Of a stretch of 64,000 bases of DNA, positions 26,300 to 38,994 are shown piece by piece. Below the pieces are notes generated by a model. It was not told where the DNA came from, did not search any database, and saw only the letters and a program-made list of their open reading frames with translations. Made by a program: the position numbers and the translations under genes. Positions within the stretch are counted from its first letter, which is position 1, and each line of letters opens with the position of its first letter. This stretch comes from Camelus dromedarius (lineage: Eukaryota). Where the stretch lies: positions 34,660,001-34,724,000 of the forward strand of contig NC_087436.1 in the NCBI RefSeq assembly GCF_036321535.1. The letters are read 5' to 3'.

Positions 26300-27168
26300 T
26301 GATGAAAAATCAGTCAGTCCATCTAAGAAAGAAATGGAAAATTTTATTTGAGCCAAATTTGAGGATTATAACCTGGGAAGAGCATCTCAGAAAGCTCTGA
26401 GAACTGCTCCACCATTTAGAAATCAAGGCACAGTATTTTTCTTTTTTAAAGTTTTAAAGTTTTATTTATTCTATTAAGTTTTTTGAGACGAAGTACTGCA
26501 CATCAAATGATGTATTATCATTTATTTGTATATATATATATATATATTTTGAAGTGTAGTCAGTTTACGATGTTGTTTCAATTTCTGGTGCACAGCACAA
26601 TGCTTCAGTCATACACAAACATATGTATATGCATTTTCATATTCTTTTTCACCATAAATTACTACAAGATATTGAATATAGTTCTCTGTGCTATACAGTA
26701 TAAACTTGCTGTTTATCAGATTTTGTGAGAATCCTCTTGTATTTCTAAGTGAGAGACACTCAGCCAGAGTTCAGTAGGAGTTCTATGCGATTCAGTGGGT
26801 TTATAGATGCAATTTGGTGTGTTTGTGGGACAGAGTGAGCTGTGAGTCTGTCTACTCCTCCATCTTGGCACCTCTCATCCAAATGACATATTATTGACAG
26901 TTTACATAAACCAGATCTAAGCGTCCTCCTGGTGGGTCATGTGACCCCTTACAAGATCAGGAAGGAATGCTACCTTTTAAGGAGCTGTCTTGTTGATGCT
27001 GGGAGGATGCTGCTCTTTACGGCTGAGCAGGTGTTCCTGCTGATGGGGGAGGTCTGGTCCATGCACAACGCAGACACACAGCGCACAGTGAGGGGAGAGA
27101 GGGGGCCAAAGGGCAGAGGAGAAATTTTTATGTTCAAATTTTTCTTGTCTTGCCATAATTATTTCACA
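26300..27168 (-). mobile_element. ERV1 (MER41-group-like) solo LTR, interrupted at 26519-26879
   Basis: aagaaagaaatggaaaattttatttgagccaaatttgaggattataacctgggaagagcatctcagaaagctctgagaac; minus-strand AATAAA; sequence resumes after a duplicated target site. Confidence 0.75.
26519..26879 (-). mobile_element. Short L1-derived retroposon: L1 5'UTR start fused to distal L1 3'UTR, with 15-bp TSD
   Basis: Minus strand starts gagaggtgccaagatggaggagtag; at 26717/26716 switches to 3'UTR similar to 8860-9030; TSD caaatgaTGtattat (26504-26518) / caaatgaCAtattat (26880-26894). Confidence 0.85.
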
Positions 27169-27856
27169 TTTCCATGTGTTACCAATTGTTGGTTAATCTT
27201 AATTTCATCTCTGATTTGATTGTACCTGGAAAAAAATGTCTACTTTTAAAATTCTGTAATTAAGATTTTTCCTTAATTCACACTAGCGCCCCTTTCTAAT
27301 TGGTCAAATGTAGTGTTTTTAAACACTATTATCAGAGAGAAAGTCTCTTGATAAAAAAATAATATCCATTAAATTTACTGACACCTTTCCATTCAATACA
27401 GATGTCTAAGTCTTCTCTACTGTGGATTTTTTTTAGTTTATTTTAATTTTTAAAGAATTTTCCAAATGTGGGAATTCATTCTTTAAAAAGCAATAATTTT
27501 CCTTTTTAAAAAATTACATTCAGCCCTTCCTTTGCAGTTCAAGTCTTTATTCTGTTCAAGTGATTTCATTCACCTCACCTCAACCCTGACTATGGACCAC
27601 TGTATTTCAACTTTGCATAAAAGATGTTTCCTGAAAGAACCAATATGTGTTTTAATTTTGACTCATTCTGTCTTTCTAATTTGTCCTATACTGAACTATA
27701 ATTTTTATGTTTTTCTTTAGAAAAATAATTTCTTCTCTATTCCAATTTGGTAATTCTGTGTTAATATTGTTTAGGAAATCATTTTGATGTTGTAGCTTAC
27801 AGTGTATTACTAGCCAATCTAATAGTATATGTAGTCTTCCAAAAAATTTCAACCCT

Positions 27857-28644
27857 TCTATCAGTCAGGGTTCTCCAGAGAAGCCTGTAGAAGCTAAGAA
27901 GGATGGTGGGGGTGGGTCCTGAAGAGATGTGGCATTGGAATTTGCATGGCAACTGCCTCAGTGGAGACCATTACAGCTTCTGTAGACAATGCATTGTTGA
28001 CCCCCTGGGATTGGAGGTGTGTAGAGAGCCCCCTTCCACTGGCATAAAAGACTCATCAGAACTTAGGGGCCCAATTTGCTAGCCTCATCAGAGTCTTCCC
28101 ATATGTTCCCATTTCAACTTTTAGAATCCTATTTCTTCCCAATCAATGCCCTCACTTTTACAGTAGACACTCTACAAGGATAGGCATTCAAGTTGTGTTC
28201 AACCAGTCACAGGATGAGATTCTGGATTTGATTTTCAATAATTTCAGTCCTGAAGCTACAGGACCTAAGGAGCTCCTTCATGGCACACATAGAAGCTTTC
28301 AGACCATTTGTGCATTGTTGTAGCAGAGAATTCAAATCCCTGAGCTTATTCTTTTCTTTCCTTATTTTATCCAGTAACATTAAAAGCAACCAGCCAATCT
28401 CATTATCTTCATTATATGCTCTACACAAGCAGCCAGATGCTTGCTTCTCGTAAGTGGTTGATTAGGTAATGTTTGGTATGTCTCCATTGCCACGCTGTGC
28501 CACGTACTCTCTTTACTACCAGAGAGTCATTAGTGTCTTTAAATCTAATCAGTTTAGTGAGCCAATACCAGAAACCCCAGAATCAATTTAGAAACCTCCA
28601 GCGTTAAATTCTGTTCCTCTAGAACCATTCTCAGTACCAGAATT
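27857..28644 (-). mobile_element. ERVL internal remnant (leader and gag start) plus terminal ~25 bp of the 3' LTR
   Basis: ORF 28207-28428 EIGWLLLMLLDKIRKEKNKLRDLNS...EIIENQIQNLIL resembles ERV-L Gag; leader tggtactgagaatggttctagaggaacagaat follows the LTR. Confidence 0.85.
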
Positions 28645-29155
28645 TGTATTAGTCAGGGTTCTCTAGGTAAACAGAACCAACAGAATGTGTATGTGGAGAT
28701 GGAGACAGAGGAGAGAGGGAGAGAGAGAGAGAGATTAAAAGGAATTGTCTGACAAGATTAAAGAGGCTAAGGAGTCCCAGAGCTCCAGTAGGTAAGTTGG
28801 AGACCCAAGAGAGCTGATGGTGTCATTCTAGTCCAGAGAGCCGGGAGGCTTGAGCTCCAAGAAGGGCCGATGTTTCAGTTTGAATCTGAAGGTAAAAAAG
28901 GCCTACGTCTGATCAAATCATCAGGCAGAAGTTCTCATTCACTCACAGGAGGGTCAGCCTTTTTGAGCTATTCAGGCCTGCACTGACTGAATGAGGTCCA
29001 ACCGCACTAGGGAGGGTGAGCTGCTTTACTCAGCCTACCAATTCAAATGTTCAACGTACTCATGATCACCCTCACAGACATTCCCAGAATGTTTGACCAA
29101 ATATCTGAGAATCCCTATGGCCCATCCAAGCTGACACATAAAATTAACCATCACA
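28645..29155 (-). mobile_element. MLT2 5' LTR of the ERVL remnant
   Basis: tgtattagtcagggttctct...aagctgacacataaaattaaccatcaca termini. Confidence 0.92.
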
Positions 29156-29544
29156 ACCACCTCAGCTTTGTTCAGATTTTCCTTATATAAGCACTCGATC
29201 ACAGTAAGTTTCAGCTAATTGAGAACTTGTAATGATTCAGCCTGTGCCAAGCTGAAGCCTTAGGTGATCTTTCCAGAATTTTGATGTAATTGATGCTTAG
29301 ATGTTTTTATTCTGCAATATGGGCTTGAGACAGGGGTGGGTAGGTGCATGCGAGGGTCTCAAGCAGTTTTTCTTTCTATTAACGGTTACAAAGTGAGGTT
29401 ACTATCAATTTCCTCTTACAGCTAAATGCACAGTCTTTCTGTAGTGGTTTTGTGACTCACATTTGACGCTTTCAGAAAAATTAGAATAGTGTATTTAAGT
29501 TCAGTTACATTTTAAAACTGGGGCAGATGATGGCTCTTAAAGAT

Positions 29545-29817
29545 CATCTAACAGACATAATACTAAGCAAATAATACCAGACATAGAAGAATACTGACAG
29601 TATGATTCAATTCGTATAAAATTCAAACGCAGGCAGAACAATTTCACGAAGGCTGAGATCAGAGAGCAGTTATTTTCTGGGAACACTGACCGTGAGGACG
29701 CTCAAGGGAACTTCAGGATTTGTGGATGCATTATCTTGATCTGGGTGGTGGTTACATAGTTGTAACAATTCATAAAGGTGGCCCACTCTACTCTATTAGT
29801 TATACCTTAATTTAAAG
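29545..29817 (+). mobile_element. L1ME-like 3' end
   Basis: ccagacatagaagaatactgacagtatgattcaattcgtataaaattcaaa...tatcttgatctgggtggtggttacatag. Confidence 0.8.
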
Positions 29818-30176
29818 GTTGTTGTCACCATTGTTTAAATCATGGTGTTTTCTTAATACAGTCCTTCACAGGTAATCTGAAATACGTGCTAAGGATGGGG
29901 GGAAGGCAAGTGAGCTGGGACAGATTCTAGAGAAAAGTAAATCAACACGTCTCAGCCAGATAAGGTGAGCTCTGCAGACTAGCACCTGGACGTCAGTCAG
30001 CACATGGTCTTCAGAGCTATCACTGTAGGGGGATTCGCGTTGGCCTTCCTGCTTTCTCATCAATAGCTGTCTTTCTCACCTACTCTCTTTGGTAAGTGCT
30101 AAGGCTTTTAGAATAAGACACACTACATCAAAACTATGCGTCCAGTGCAATGTACTAAATTAAGACACGATGTGAA

Positions 30177-30350
30177 GGGGAGAGTGTAGCTCAGTGGAAG
30201 AGTGGGTGCTTAACATGCACAGGGTCCTGGGTTCGATCCCCAGTATCTCCACTGAAACTAAAAAAATAGAAAATTTTAAAAAATATATAAAATGTATGAA
30301 ACTAATTACTCCTCAAAAAAGACTAAATTTTTAAAAAGAGGGTTTTTTTA
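30177..30350 (+). mobile_element. tRNA-derived SINE, camelid Vic-1-like
   Basis: ggggagagtgtagctcagtgg (A box)...gggttcgatccccagtatctcc (B box); A-rich tail; flanked on both sides by aagacac (probable degraded TSD). Confidence 0.88.
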
Positions 30351-33099
30351 AAAAGACACATGATATATAAAAACTGTTTTTCATTAAAATTAATATTAAC
30401 GTTAAAGATGAGGTTGGCTCTCTCTACTATATTTAAGACTTGAAGCATTTGTTACACCAAGAAAGAGAAACAGAGAGAGAAAGAAAAATAAAATACAGTT
30501 TCCCCAAATCTAAATATATGGACTAATGCTAAAAAACAAACACACAAACAACAACAAATGTATTTGCAGATTCTTTACTTAAATTTTACATTATCATCCA
30601 CCCAAATTCTCAAAAAACGATCTTAATCTACTGAGCATTTAACTTGTCATTTGTTTACTTCTCTTTCACCATGTGACACACTGAATAATTTCCATTTTCA
30701 ATTCTGTCTCTTAAACATATCATTACTTTATGACAGCCACAGGAATAATCAGATGTCATGCTTTTGAGGGAATAAAGACAATGTGACTTTCCATTGGCTT
30801 ATAAAGACAGAGAGTTGAAGGTGAGAAATTCCAAATAAGCAAAACTCCCCTCCAGATTCCCCAGTTCTCTCTTGGACTGGCTTGCACTTACAAGTCCTGA
30901 AGAATTTGATTTGCATTTTAAAATGTTTGCTGTCTCTTTGTAAATATGTAAATAGACTGGTACTGAGGCTAGCGGAAGGGTCACTGAAAGAGGGTCAGGA
31001 GATTTGCTCTCTCATATTATTCATTAATTATGAGAACCTGAATAAGAATGAAAGCAATAAAATGTCATGTAAAAAAAACACTAACGGCTTTAATGGCGCT
31101 CATAAATGCTTGACAAAGACTCTAGGAGTTTATTTGCTAATGAACTTACTCTCCTCATCACATGCAAGCTGCCTGCACATCCCACATCTTTCTAACCAGA
31201 AGGGGAGGTAGCTATCCACATGGGCATGCCTTGCTCCCAGCTCTGTGTTTTCCCTCTAGTTACACTGCCCTTCCAAATAAATAAAACCTTCATTGGATGC
31301 CTCTTTGGTAAAAGCTGGTATGTTTAAGGATGCCTATGCTTTGCTCTTCAGAGCATGTGCTTTCCAAGTTATTATGTGGGAAAGCTGCCGGAGTTCAGCA
31401 GGGAGAGCTGTGGAGCCCGGGGTTCCCCGCCGATGTCATGTGTTTGGAGGAACATGTGTGGTTTGGAATCACAACTTTCAGACACGTGCAACGCATGCCT
31501 TAACCACCTCCCTTCCCTGTGTAGAGAAACAGGTGACAGATTACAGGTGATTCTTTTCAGGTCCTGGAATAATAAAGCCTCAACCCTTCCAGCCTTTAAT
31601 GTTATGATTATTATTTTCTACTGCACCTACATATCGATACATAATTCATAGTGATTTCTTTTAAGCTGAGGTTAGACTGAAAGTAAACTAGCGGTCCTGT
31701 TTCCCTTCCATGCTCTGATATGGCATCAGTTCAGATACCAGGCTATTACTAGTTAACAGTAGATGATATTTTTATATAACTATACACACTTCATGCATGA
31801 AAAGCAAGTCAGCCTGAGTCTACAGCATATTACTGAGGTGGCCGTGCAAAGGAGGAGACCAATGAGATGACTTCTTTAGGGGGTAGACAAGAGGCCAACA
31901 CCTGAAACATTATGAATTCCAGGAAAAGACTGTTACGTTCAATCTTCTTCTGCAAGTGTCCAGACCTGTAAGACTCAAATTGTGCCAGGTACATTGTGAA
32001 GACATGGAAGTGAGTACTGCCCTTTGCTGTTGTCAGGTAGAAAGAGATCTCCAAGCCTCTGCTCCAACTAAGCAAGAAAGTAGAGAGCCCTGTGGAACTG
32101 CTGAGAGGGCATCAGGACACAGCATAGAAGCTCGTTCTATGTATCTCCCTGGTTGGAAATGATCAAACTTCTCTATCAAATAGTCAAGAATCATCTGAAA
32201 GTGATGAGTGCAGGGAAGATGCATGACTCAGGTTGTCTCGTGCACTCATCTCTTATTAACCTGAGCCTAGAATCAGAACAGAAAAGGAAGGAAAAGCTCA
32301 TTTCATGTATTCTGTGAAATTTCTCACTTCTGGAAGTGACTGACAGAATGTTCTATCATCTTCTACAGTGAGATTGATTTAGACGGCCACACTATGATTT
32401 CTCAGGGAGTTTTGTGTGTGTTTTGGAAACTGCTGATAAGGTAATACATAGTCTTTACAAGAGTAAAAAGATTTTTTCCCCCAAGATAGTGGTGCCTATG
32501 TCTCTATTCTTCATACAAAACTTTTTGCCACATTTTACCTTCTAAATGATATTAAGTGTGAACAGACTGTACTTTCCAAGTAAAGTCTCTTTTGGGTAGA
32601 GGGCCTGATTAAACACTCTTAATTATGCACAAAAATACATGTGTGCATATATGTGGGGCCTCAGAGATTACTTCATAATAGTTTTAAAAGTTTCCTTCCT
32701 CTACTCTAACTTTCCTTCTCTCCAATTGTCTAAATGACAGCTTCTATTGGCTCAAATATATATGTATTTTTTAAGCAATCAGATTAATATTTTTCTAGAC
32801 TGGTCAAGGTGAAAAAAAATCTCAGAACTGAAAGTTTTTTTCCAGAATACTTAAGGCCAAATTCTGATTTTTGTAGGGCATAAAAAATGCCCCGTGAATA
32901 TTGACATACATCTAGGAAGAAATTAGTCTTGTTAAAGCAAATTTTCTATAAAAATTGCTGATGACTGGGTTTACAGGTTCTGAGTACCAGACTCTTGATC
33001 TCATGGGATTTCCCTCACCCACCGTGTCTTAATTCAAGACGTGAAAACTACCACAATGCTTTTGCACGTGACCAGGTTCTCCTCTGTCACACCCTCTTG

Positions 33100-33505
33100 T
33101 AGCACTGGGTGTTCTCATTTCTATTTACTACATCAACCATATCCTCTTTCCTTCTGGATCCTAGTGGGGTTTATGCAATAGGAGGCACAGGAAAGAGATG
33201 GGAGGAAGAGAGACCCATTGGATATTTATTCCGTAGTCTGCCTCCCTGTCAACACTTGGTCCGGCACCAGCTGATTTTTTTCTAATTAGAGTCATGCCTC
33301 CTGCTGGGTAGCCACTCTCCGACAACTACTCTTCTCAATGGGTCTGGTAACTGCCCAGCTGGTACCAGTACTGGGGCGCTTAACCATGCAGTGTCGGTTC
33401 CCCTGGTCCTTACCACACTTCATAAATAGTCCCTTTATAAAACTCTCTTCAGTTATCCCTTCTGAGTGTGCCATCTGAATATCATCTGGCCCCTGAGCAG
33501 CACAC
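33100..33505 (+). mobile_element. LTR33-like ERVL LTR
   Basis: ggaggcacaggaaagagatgggagg...atatttattcc...taaatagtccctttataaaactctcttcagttatcccttctgagtgtgccatctg. Confidence 0.75.
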
Positions 33506-35264
33506 AATGAAAAGAGAACTACATAGATTTTACTGCACAGTTAACATAAGAAAAATTATATACCACAAACTTCAGCTAATATGGTGTGGGGTTCTGATTT
33601 CTAATTTCTTCTTTAGTAAGTTAAAATTAAGTGTCTCTCTCTCTCTCTCTTCCTGGTGTTGCTAGGTGAATGATCTCTGAGCAAGATTCTTCATTTTCTG
33701 AAGTTTTACAAGTTTTTCAATTGTGTCTATTAATAACATATTTTATTAATTCTATTCTCAAGGGTGGGCGGGGAGTGGCTTCTAATTTTCTCAGCAAAAT
33801 GCCTGCCACTAAATACTTGTAACCACAGAACTCACTATTTCCTTTCTATTTGTGTGGTCCTCAAGTTTTCCATCTTTCTCTAATTTTCAGGCTTTAAGTT
33901 TCTTCAGCAACTGCTTCTGTGTCATTCCAAGATGCTGTGATGAGAATCTTTGCATCAGAACAATGACTTTACAACTGAGAAGCAAGCAGAAAATAGTTTC
34001 CTCTCCTGTAGCACCACACTTTTGCCCCCTCTTTCTAACCACCCCCTCCCGCACCTGCTTCCGCTGGTGAGCAATGTGGATGGTGTACTCATTTGCTCAG
34101 AATTATGATTTCCATTTTCACATTAAGTATTTCTGGATCACATTTGTTTCATCTGTAGACACTTTATTTTTAATATTATGAAATAAACATGTTTCATATT
34201 TCCCAGGAAACAATTTTCAGAAGTTGGTACATATATGTCCTGCCCTTTTCTTCTTTCAATTCCAAGGAAAACTAAAAGGATTTCTTTCTGCTATTTTGAG
34301 AAGTTGTATTGATTGAGGAAAATAGGGAATTTGCTTCTCAAAAAATACAATGAATATTATATGTTGAACAATATTATATATGCTTTGGCATCATTAGTTT
34401 GCTGGAGTTGTAACTGCAGAATTATCCAGACATCATTCACCTGATACGTGAGGCCATTTCCATAAAGTAACTGGTTCATGTTGACTTCCATATGAATAAA
34501 TCATTTTTTTCAATCCAGAGATGTTTTTTGAAATAGTTCAGCCTATGGTTTCATATATAACATGATTGCTGAGAGCGTGGAATATTCAGCAAGGTTGGAA
34601 ATTATGTCGTTTTCTGGTAAGGATCCAAGAGCTCATGGATTCAGACTATAGTCCTTGGAACCAAAACACTCAAATGTGATATATTCATGAGAATGAAGTT
34701 TCTGTCACAGAATTTCCCCATAAAAGTTAATTGGAAAACATTGTATTGCATTATCTATATAAGTGACTGGGTGCCAGTATACATTTGTACAGTGTATTAT
34801 GTATGTGTGGTAAGATGTAGGGCAACTCATCAGAAATCGTTCCCGCTGGCCCATAAACAGTTGCAGATAACAAAATTCTGTCAAGATTAGCACCAAGATG
34901 CTAGTTTGTCTCCATAATTTTTAATTTTCTCTCAGCTAATCCTATTCTTTCAAGATTTAACACTTACTTTGAAGGGACATTTCTCTCTATAGACAGTACT
35001 TCCCTATGTAAATATTCTAGAATGACGAATTCTCAGTACAGCTCACCACATTCTCGGTTGTCTTCGTTAACCAGGAAAACTGAGAGTCACTCTCTTTTTC
35101 ACGCTGTTCAGAAATAAAGAAGCTTTACAGATTGTTTGACAGCAATTTTCTCCTTATAGTGTGCAAAACTAAGGGGAAACATGTTAGCTTTCAAAGGTGA
35201 TGAACGCAGTAAGAGCCCTAACAATCGTGGCCGCGTGACACGCAGCGGCTGTCCTCTGACAGGC

Positions 35265-35480
35265 AGAGTGCACGCTGGTTCAAAGTGTGGACTGCGGCAC
35301 TGATCTGCCCGCTTCAAATGCTACCTTGCCAGTTCCCGACAGCAGGCCCTGGGCAAGTTACTTAACTGCTTTGAGTAGCAGCAGCTTCCTCCTGTCTAAA
35401 ACAGCGATAGGAGTAACTAATTCATAGGGTTGTTATGAGTTAATATTTTAAACTACTTAAAACAGTTCTATGTAAGTGAT
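35265..35480 (+). mobile_element. MIR
   Basis: ccctgggcaagttacttaactgct...ttcatagggttgttatgag. Confidence 0.75.
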
Positions 35481-35912
35481 GTAAGCAGTAAAGTCTGATT
35501 TAGAAGTGATCATCTCTCTTCTACATTAATAAGACTTGAATCCTGACAATTTCTACCCAACCATCAAGGCTAGAGTGTTTCTACATGTAAACATCTAGGC
35601 TTTTAGGTTAGCAACAGAAAACACGATCGGTATTTCCATCATGTTTTGACAAATTTCTATGTTTCTTTTATGATTCAAAATGGAGACCTTCATTAAGCAA
35701 TCAGAAAGACTCTTGACTTTTGCAGTAATTCTTGTTGGCGTAAAATTTTTTAAGTTCCTCCCTTGGCCAAAGTGGAGCCTAAATCCTGAGCATACCTGAA
35801 GTACAAAATCAGTAACATTCTTTCTGTAGTGCAGTCATGTAGAACTTCGGAATGTCTCAGCCATCAGAAAAATGCTACTACTAAGAAAACGTGCATGGCT
35901 TCTTTTCAGTTG

Positions 35913-35915
<3 letters not shown>

Positions 35916-35953
<38 letters not shown>
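35916..35953. repeat. (TG)19 microsatellite
   Basis: Read directly. Confidence 0.98.
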
Positions 35954-35957
<4 letters not shown>

Positions 35958-36113
35958 AAATAACATTAAAGGGAAAAAAAAGGAAGAAAAAGGAAAATGT
36001 TTTCTTTGCCCCACAAAGGAGGAAAAACAAATTCCACAGTGTTCAGAATCTTCCTTTGGAAATTAGTGTTTCATAGAGTTAAAATGTTTCGGTGATGTTG
36101 TTTTGAGATCATT

Positions 36114-36176
36114 TGGCTTGTTTCTCATCCTATGTCACACACAAAGAATTCTCCCACATAGGATGAGAAATTGCCA
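36114..36176. other. Hairpin with perfect 15-bp stem and 20-nt loop
   Basis: tttctcatcctatgt (36121-36135) is the exact reverse complement of acataggatgagaaa (36156-36170). Confidence 0.9.
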
Positions 36177-37899
36177 TCAGTTTTTCAAACATCTGCTTTC
36201 GGGCATGGCTTAAGCACTTGTTTCTCACTGGTTTAAAACAACCCAAACAGATTCCCAGACTGTGTGAAAATAGGATAATTTCTAGAGGATTATGGAGAAG
36301 CAGAATCTGGTCTCTCTGGGTCTAGCAACATTTCAATTGCCCTGATGGCTAGTTATAAATTTCGGAAATTTGGAGAAAAATACATGTAATCCTCAAGAAG
36401 TTTTCACTGTTTGGAGACTGTATTAATAGGAAGAAACATTTTTGGAAATTGTTGTCTAATTTAATATGTGAAAAAAACTTAGTAAAATGTTTGAATTAGG
36501 AATTCTAAATACCTGGATCCTGCATAACTTACTTATTTTTTAGAGTTTATAGCTTAGAATTATTTCTTCGCTATGTATAATAATTCTGTCAGAAATACCT
36601 TTTTTCCCCAAAAGCAAAATTAATATATATTCAATCACAGGCACATTATTGAACTTTAACTAATTTAGCTTACGTGGTATTGTCAGCAACATTTATTTTA
36701 TCTTTATGTATAGATACTGCAGCATTTGTCAAGATTCCTGAAATCTTAATGTGGAAATTGCTCTGTTTCGATCCAATATCATGAAAATTAAAAAAAAATT
36801 TTTTACATTGATTGTCATATGTTGCCTGTATATATGCTAGTTCCTTTGTCAGCCTAGCAAAATCTGCCTGGGGTTAGTTGCTTGCTTCTTAATTCATTCT
36901 GTGCTATCAAGTTCACAGGAAGCACTTTTAAGATGATATTATTTTGCATTAAGTATTTTATATAAAGCTAACACTGTGCTTTTGAGCTTCGAACCATAGC
37001 AACAAAGATCATAAAATGCCATGACCCGAGAAGAAAATATTCATTTTTTTTAGCATTTCTGAACTCAAATACAAATTCATGTAAGCACAGCCTATTTCTG
37101 GATACTCATGCTGACAATAAATCTAGTCTTGATTTAAAAGGGATCAAAAGTTTTCAAAAGCAGTAACTACAGTGACTAGACGTCACAGTGCACACATATA
37201 ACCTAAAACCTTTAAAGGAACTAATAAAAAAAGATTATCTCCCAGAGTAAGTTCTTATTTGTTCTTCAGATCAGGCTGAAGTCGATTCTGTAGCTGAAAG
37301 TTAAGCCCCTTAAAGCTGGGTAAAGGAGCAAGTATAAATTGTAAGAATCCCTATATTTTGGCAATCTCTTTTCTCCTTTATCTGCATGGTAGCCTTTTTT
37401 TTTTAAATACTGAAACTCTAAAGCCTGTCAGTGATGAATCTAACAACATAATTACAAACTTGGCAAGGCTCTTACCTTTGCTAAGTATCACATAAGTGAT
37501 TCACCAAAACTTTGGGTTGCCTATCTACTGAATATGAACCACACCGACGGAATAAATGGACTGTTTGTAAATAAATCTGCATTTTCAGTCCTAACCTCCC
37601 ATATGAGCCATAGAATCATAACTGCATTCCAGAGATCACCATGAAATGCCCTTCCACCCCTAAAACCTATAGTTCAATCTGCCATCTACTCCTGCAGACA
37701 GACACCATCTTCATCTCCCAGATGTGTGACCTTGATTCTGCTTTGATTTACTTTCTTAAACTTGCCGTCCTCCAAACTTTCTCATGTATAGTAAAAATGT
37801 TCTGTTCATATTGCCTTTGGTCAATCATTCTCAAGTTTATATCATTCCACTATCAATACCCAAATTGTGTTTTTTATTTCACATTTTTTTTATTATTGT

Positions 37900-38330
37900 A
37901 ATTGTTTCTTAGCCTACTTCTCCAATTTAAAATCATCCTAAATGTGACTACTGGAGTAATCATCATTGAAATGACTACCATTCCATGTGGCATTCATATC
38001 TAAAATCACCTAAGTTGTCTTCAAGAAAGCAAGAGTTGAATTCTTCAAACTGAAATGATAAGTTTTATATTAACTGATACTCCTTTACCTGCTGTAATTT
38101 ACATCTTATTTCTTCTCCCATAAAATGTTCTTTCCACCTGCTCTTCACCTGCACACCCAAGCAAAACGCCCTTGTTGGTTCTATCACATTGATACACTCT
38201 GCCAGCACTCTGCCTCTGCACTTCAGATGAGAATGTCTTCCTCCAAAATTTTCAGTTTACACCTTAGCACGCTTTCAAAAGCTCAGCTTAAACACTCACA
38301 TGCTTTAAGATTTTCTAAGCACTCAACACG
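37900..38330 (+). mobile_element. L2 fragment
   Basis: gaatgtcttcctcc...ctttcaaaagctcagcttaaacactcac resembles the L2 3' region; highly degraded. Confidence 0.5.
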
Positions 38331-38348
38331 CATTTCTTGAATAACTAC

Positions 38349-38690
38349 TGTATTAGTCAGGGTAAGATAAATTTTGCCGCATAACATGAAAATCTCAGCG
38401 GATTAAAATAATATAGGTAGATAACTCAATTAAGCTATATGCCCATCTCCAGTCTGTAGGAAGATCTGCCCTCCATTCAGGCACCAGGCTCTCAGACCCT
38501 AAACTATTTGCAATACACCTGCTTCTGTGGTGGGAAGAAAGGAACACAGAGTCTCATTCATGCACCAACTCTTCTAGTCTTCAATCTGGAATTGAAACAC
38601 GGCACTTCTCACATTCCAGCCCTAAGTGCAAGAGAGCAAGGTTATGAAATCCTACCACTTGTCCAGAAGGAGGAAAACCCCAAATACTGC
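38349..38690 (-). mobile_element. Old MLT1 (MaLR) LTR
   Basis: tgtattagtcagggtaag...aaatctcagcggattaaaata...cattcaggcaccaggct...cacttctcacattcca. Confidence 0.7.
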
Positions 38691-38994
38691 TACTTTTCCT
38701 CATGTGCCTTGAGATGAAGTGAGGGCTGATCTTAAGTGGGGGATATGTTCTTTCTCTCTCTTCACACTCCGCTACGTGTATAAATGATACATAATCAGCT
38801 TCTTCCTGGCTTCATCAAGGGCCCTCTCATTATGCCCAGATCTCATACATAATAGGTTTCTAACCTATTATGAAACTGGAGTTATCAGAGATCCAGTCAA
38901 CAAACAAGCAAGCATCTTGGTGGCGACATGGTTCTTGACGTTTTATGCTTCCTCTTAGAACTTTAAATAAAGAGCTTATGGCGTTCATTAGTGG

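Noticed and set aside
30177..30250. Possible tRNA gene (A and B boxes)
   Set aside because: Degenerate stems, A-rich tail and flanking duplication indicate a SINE.
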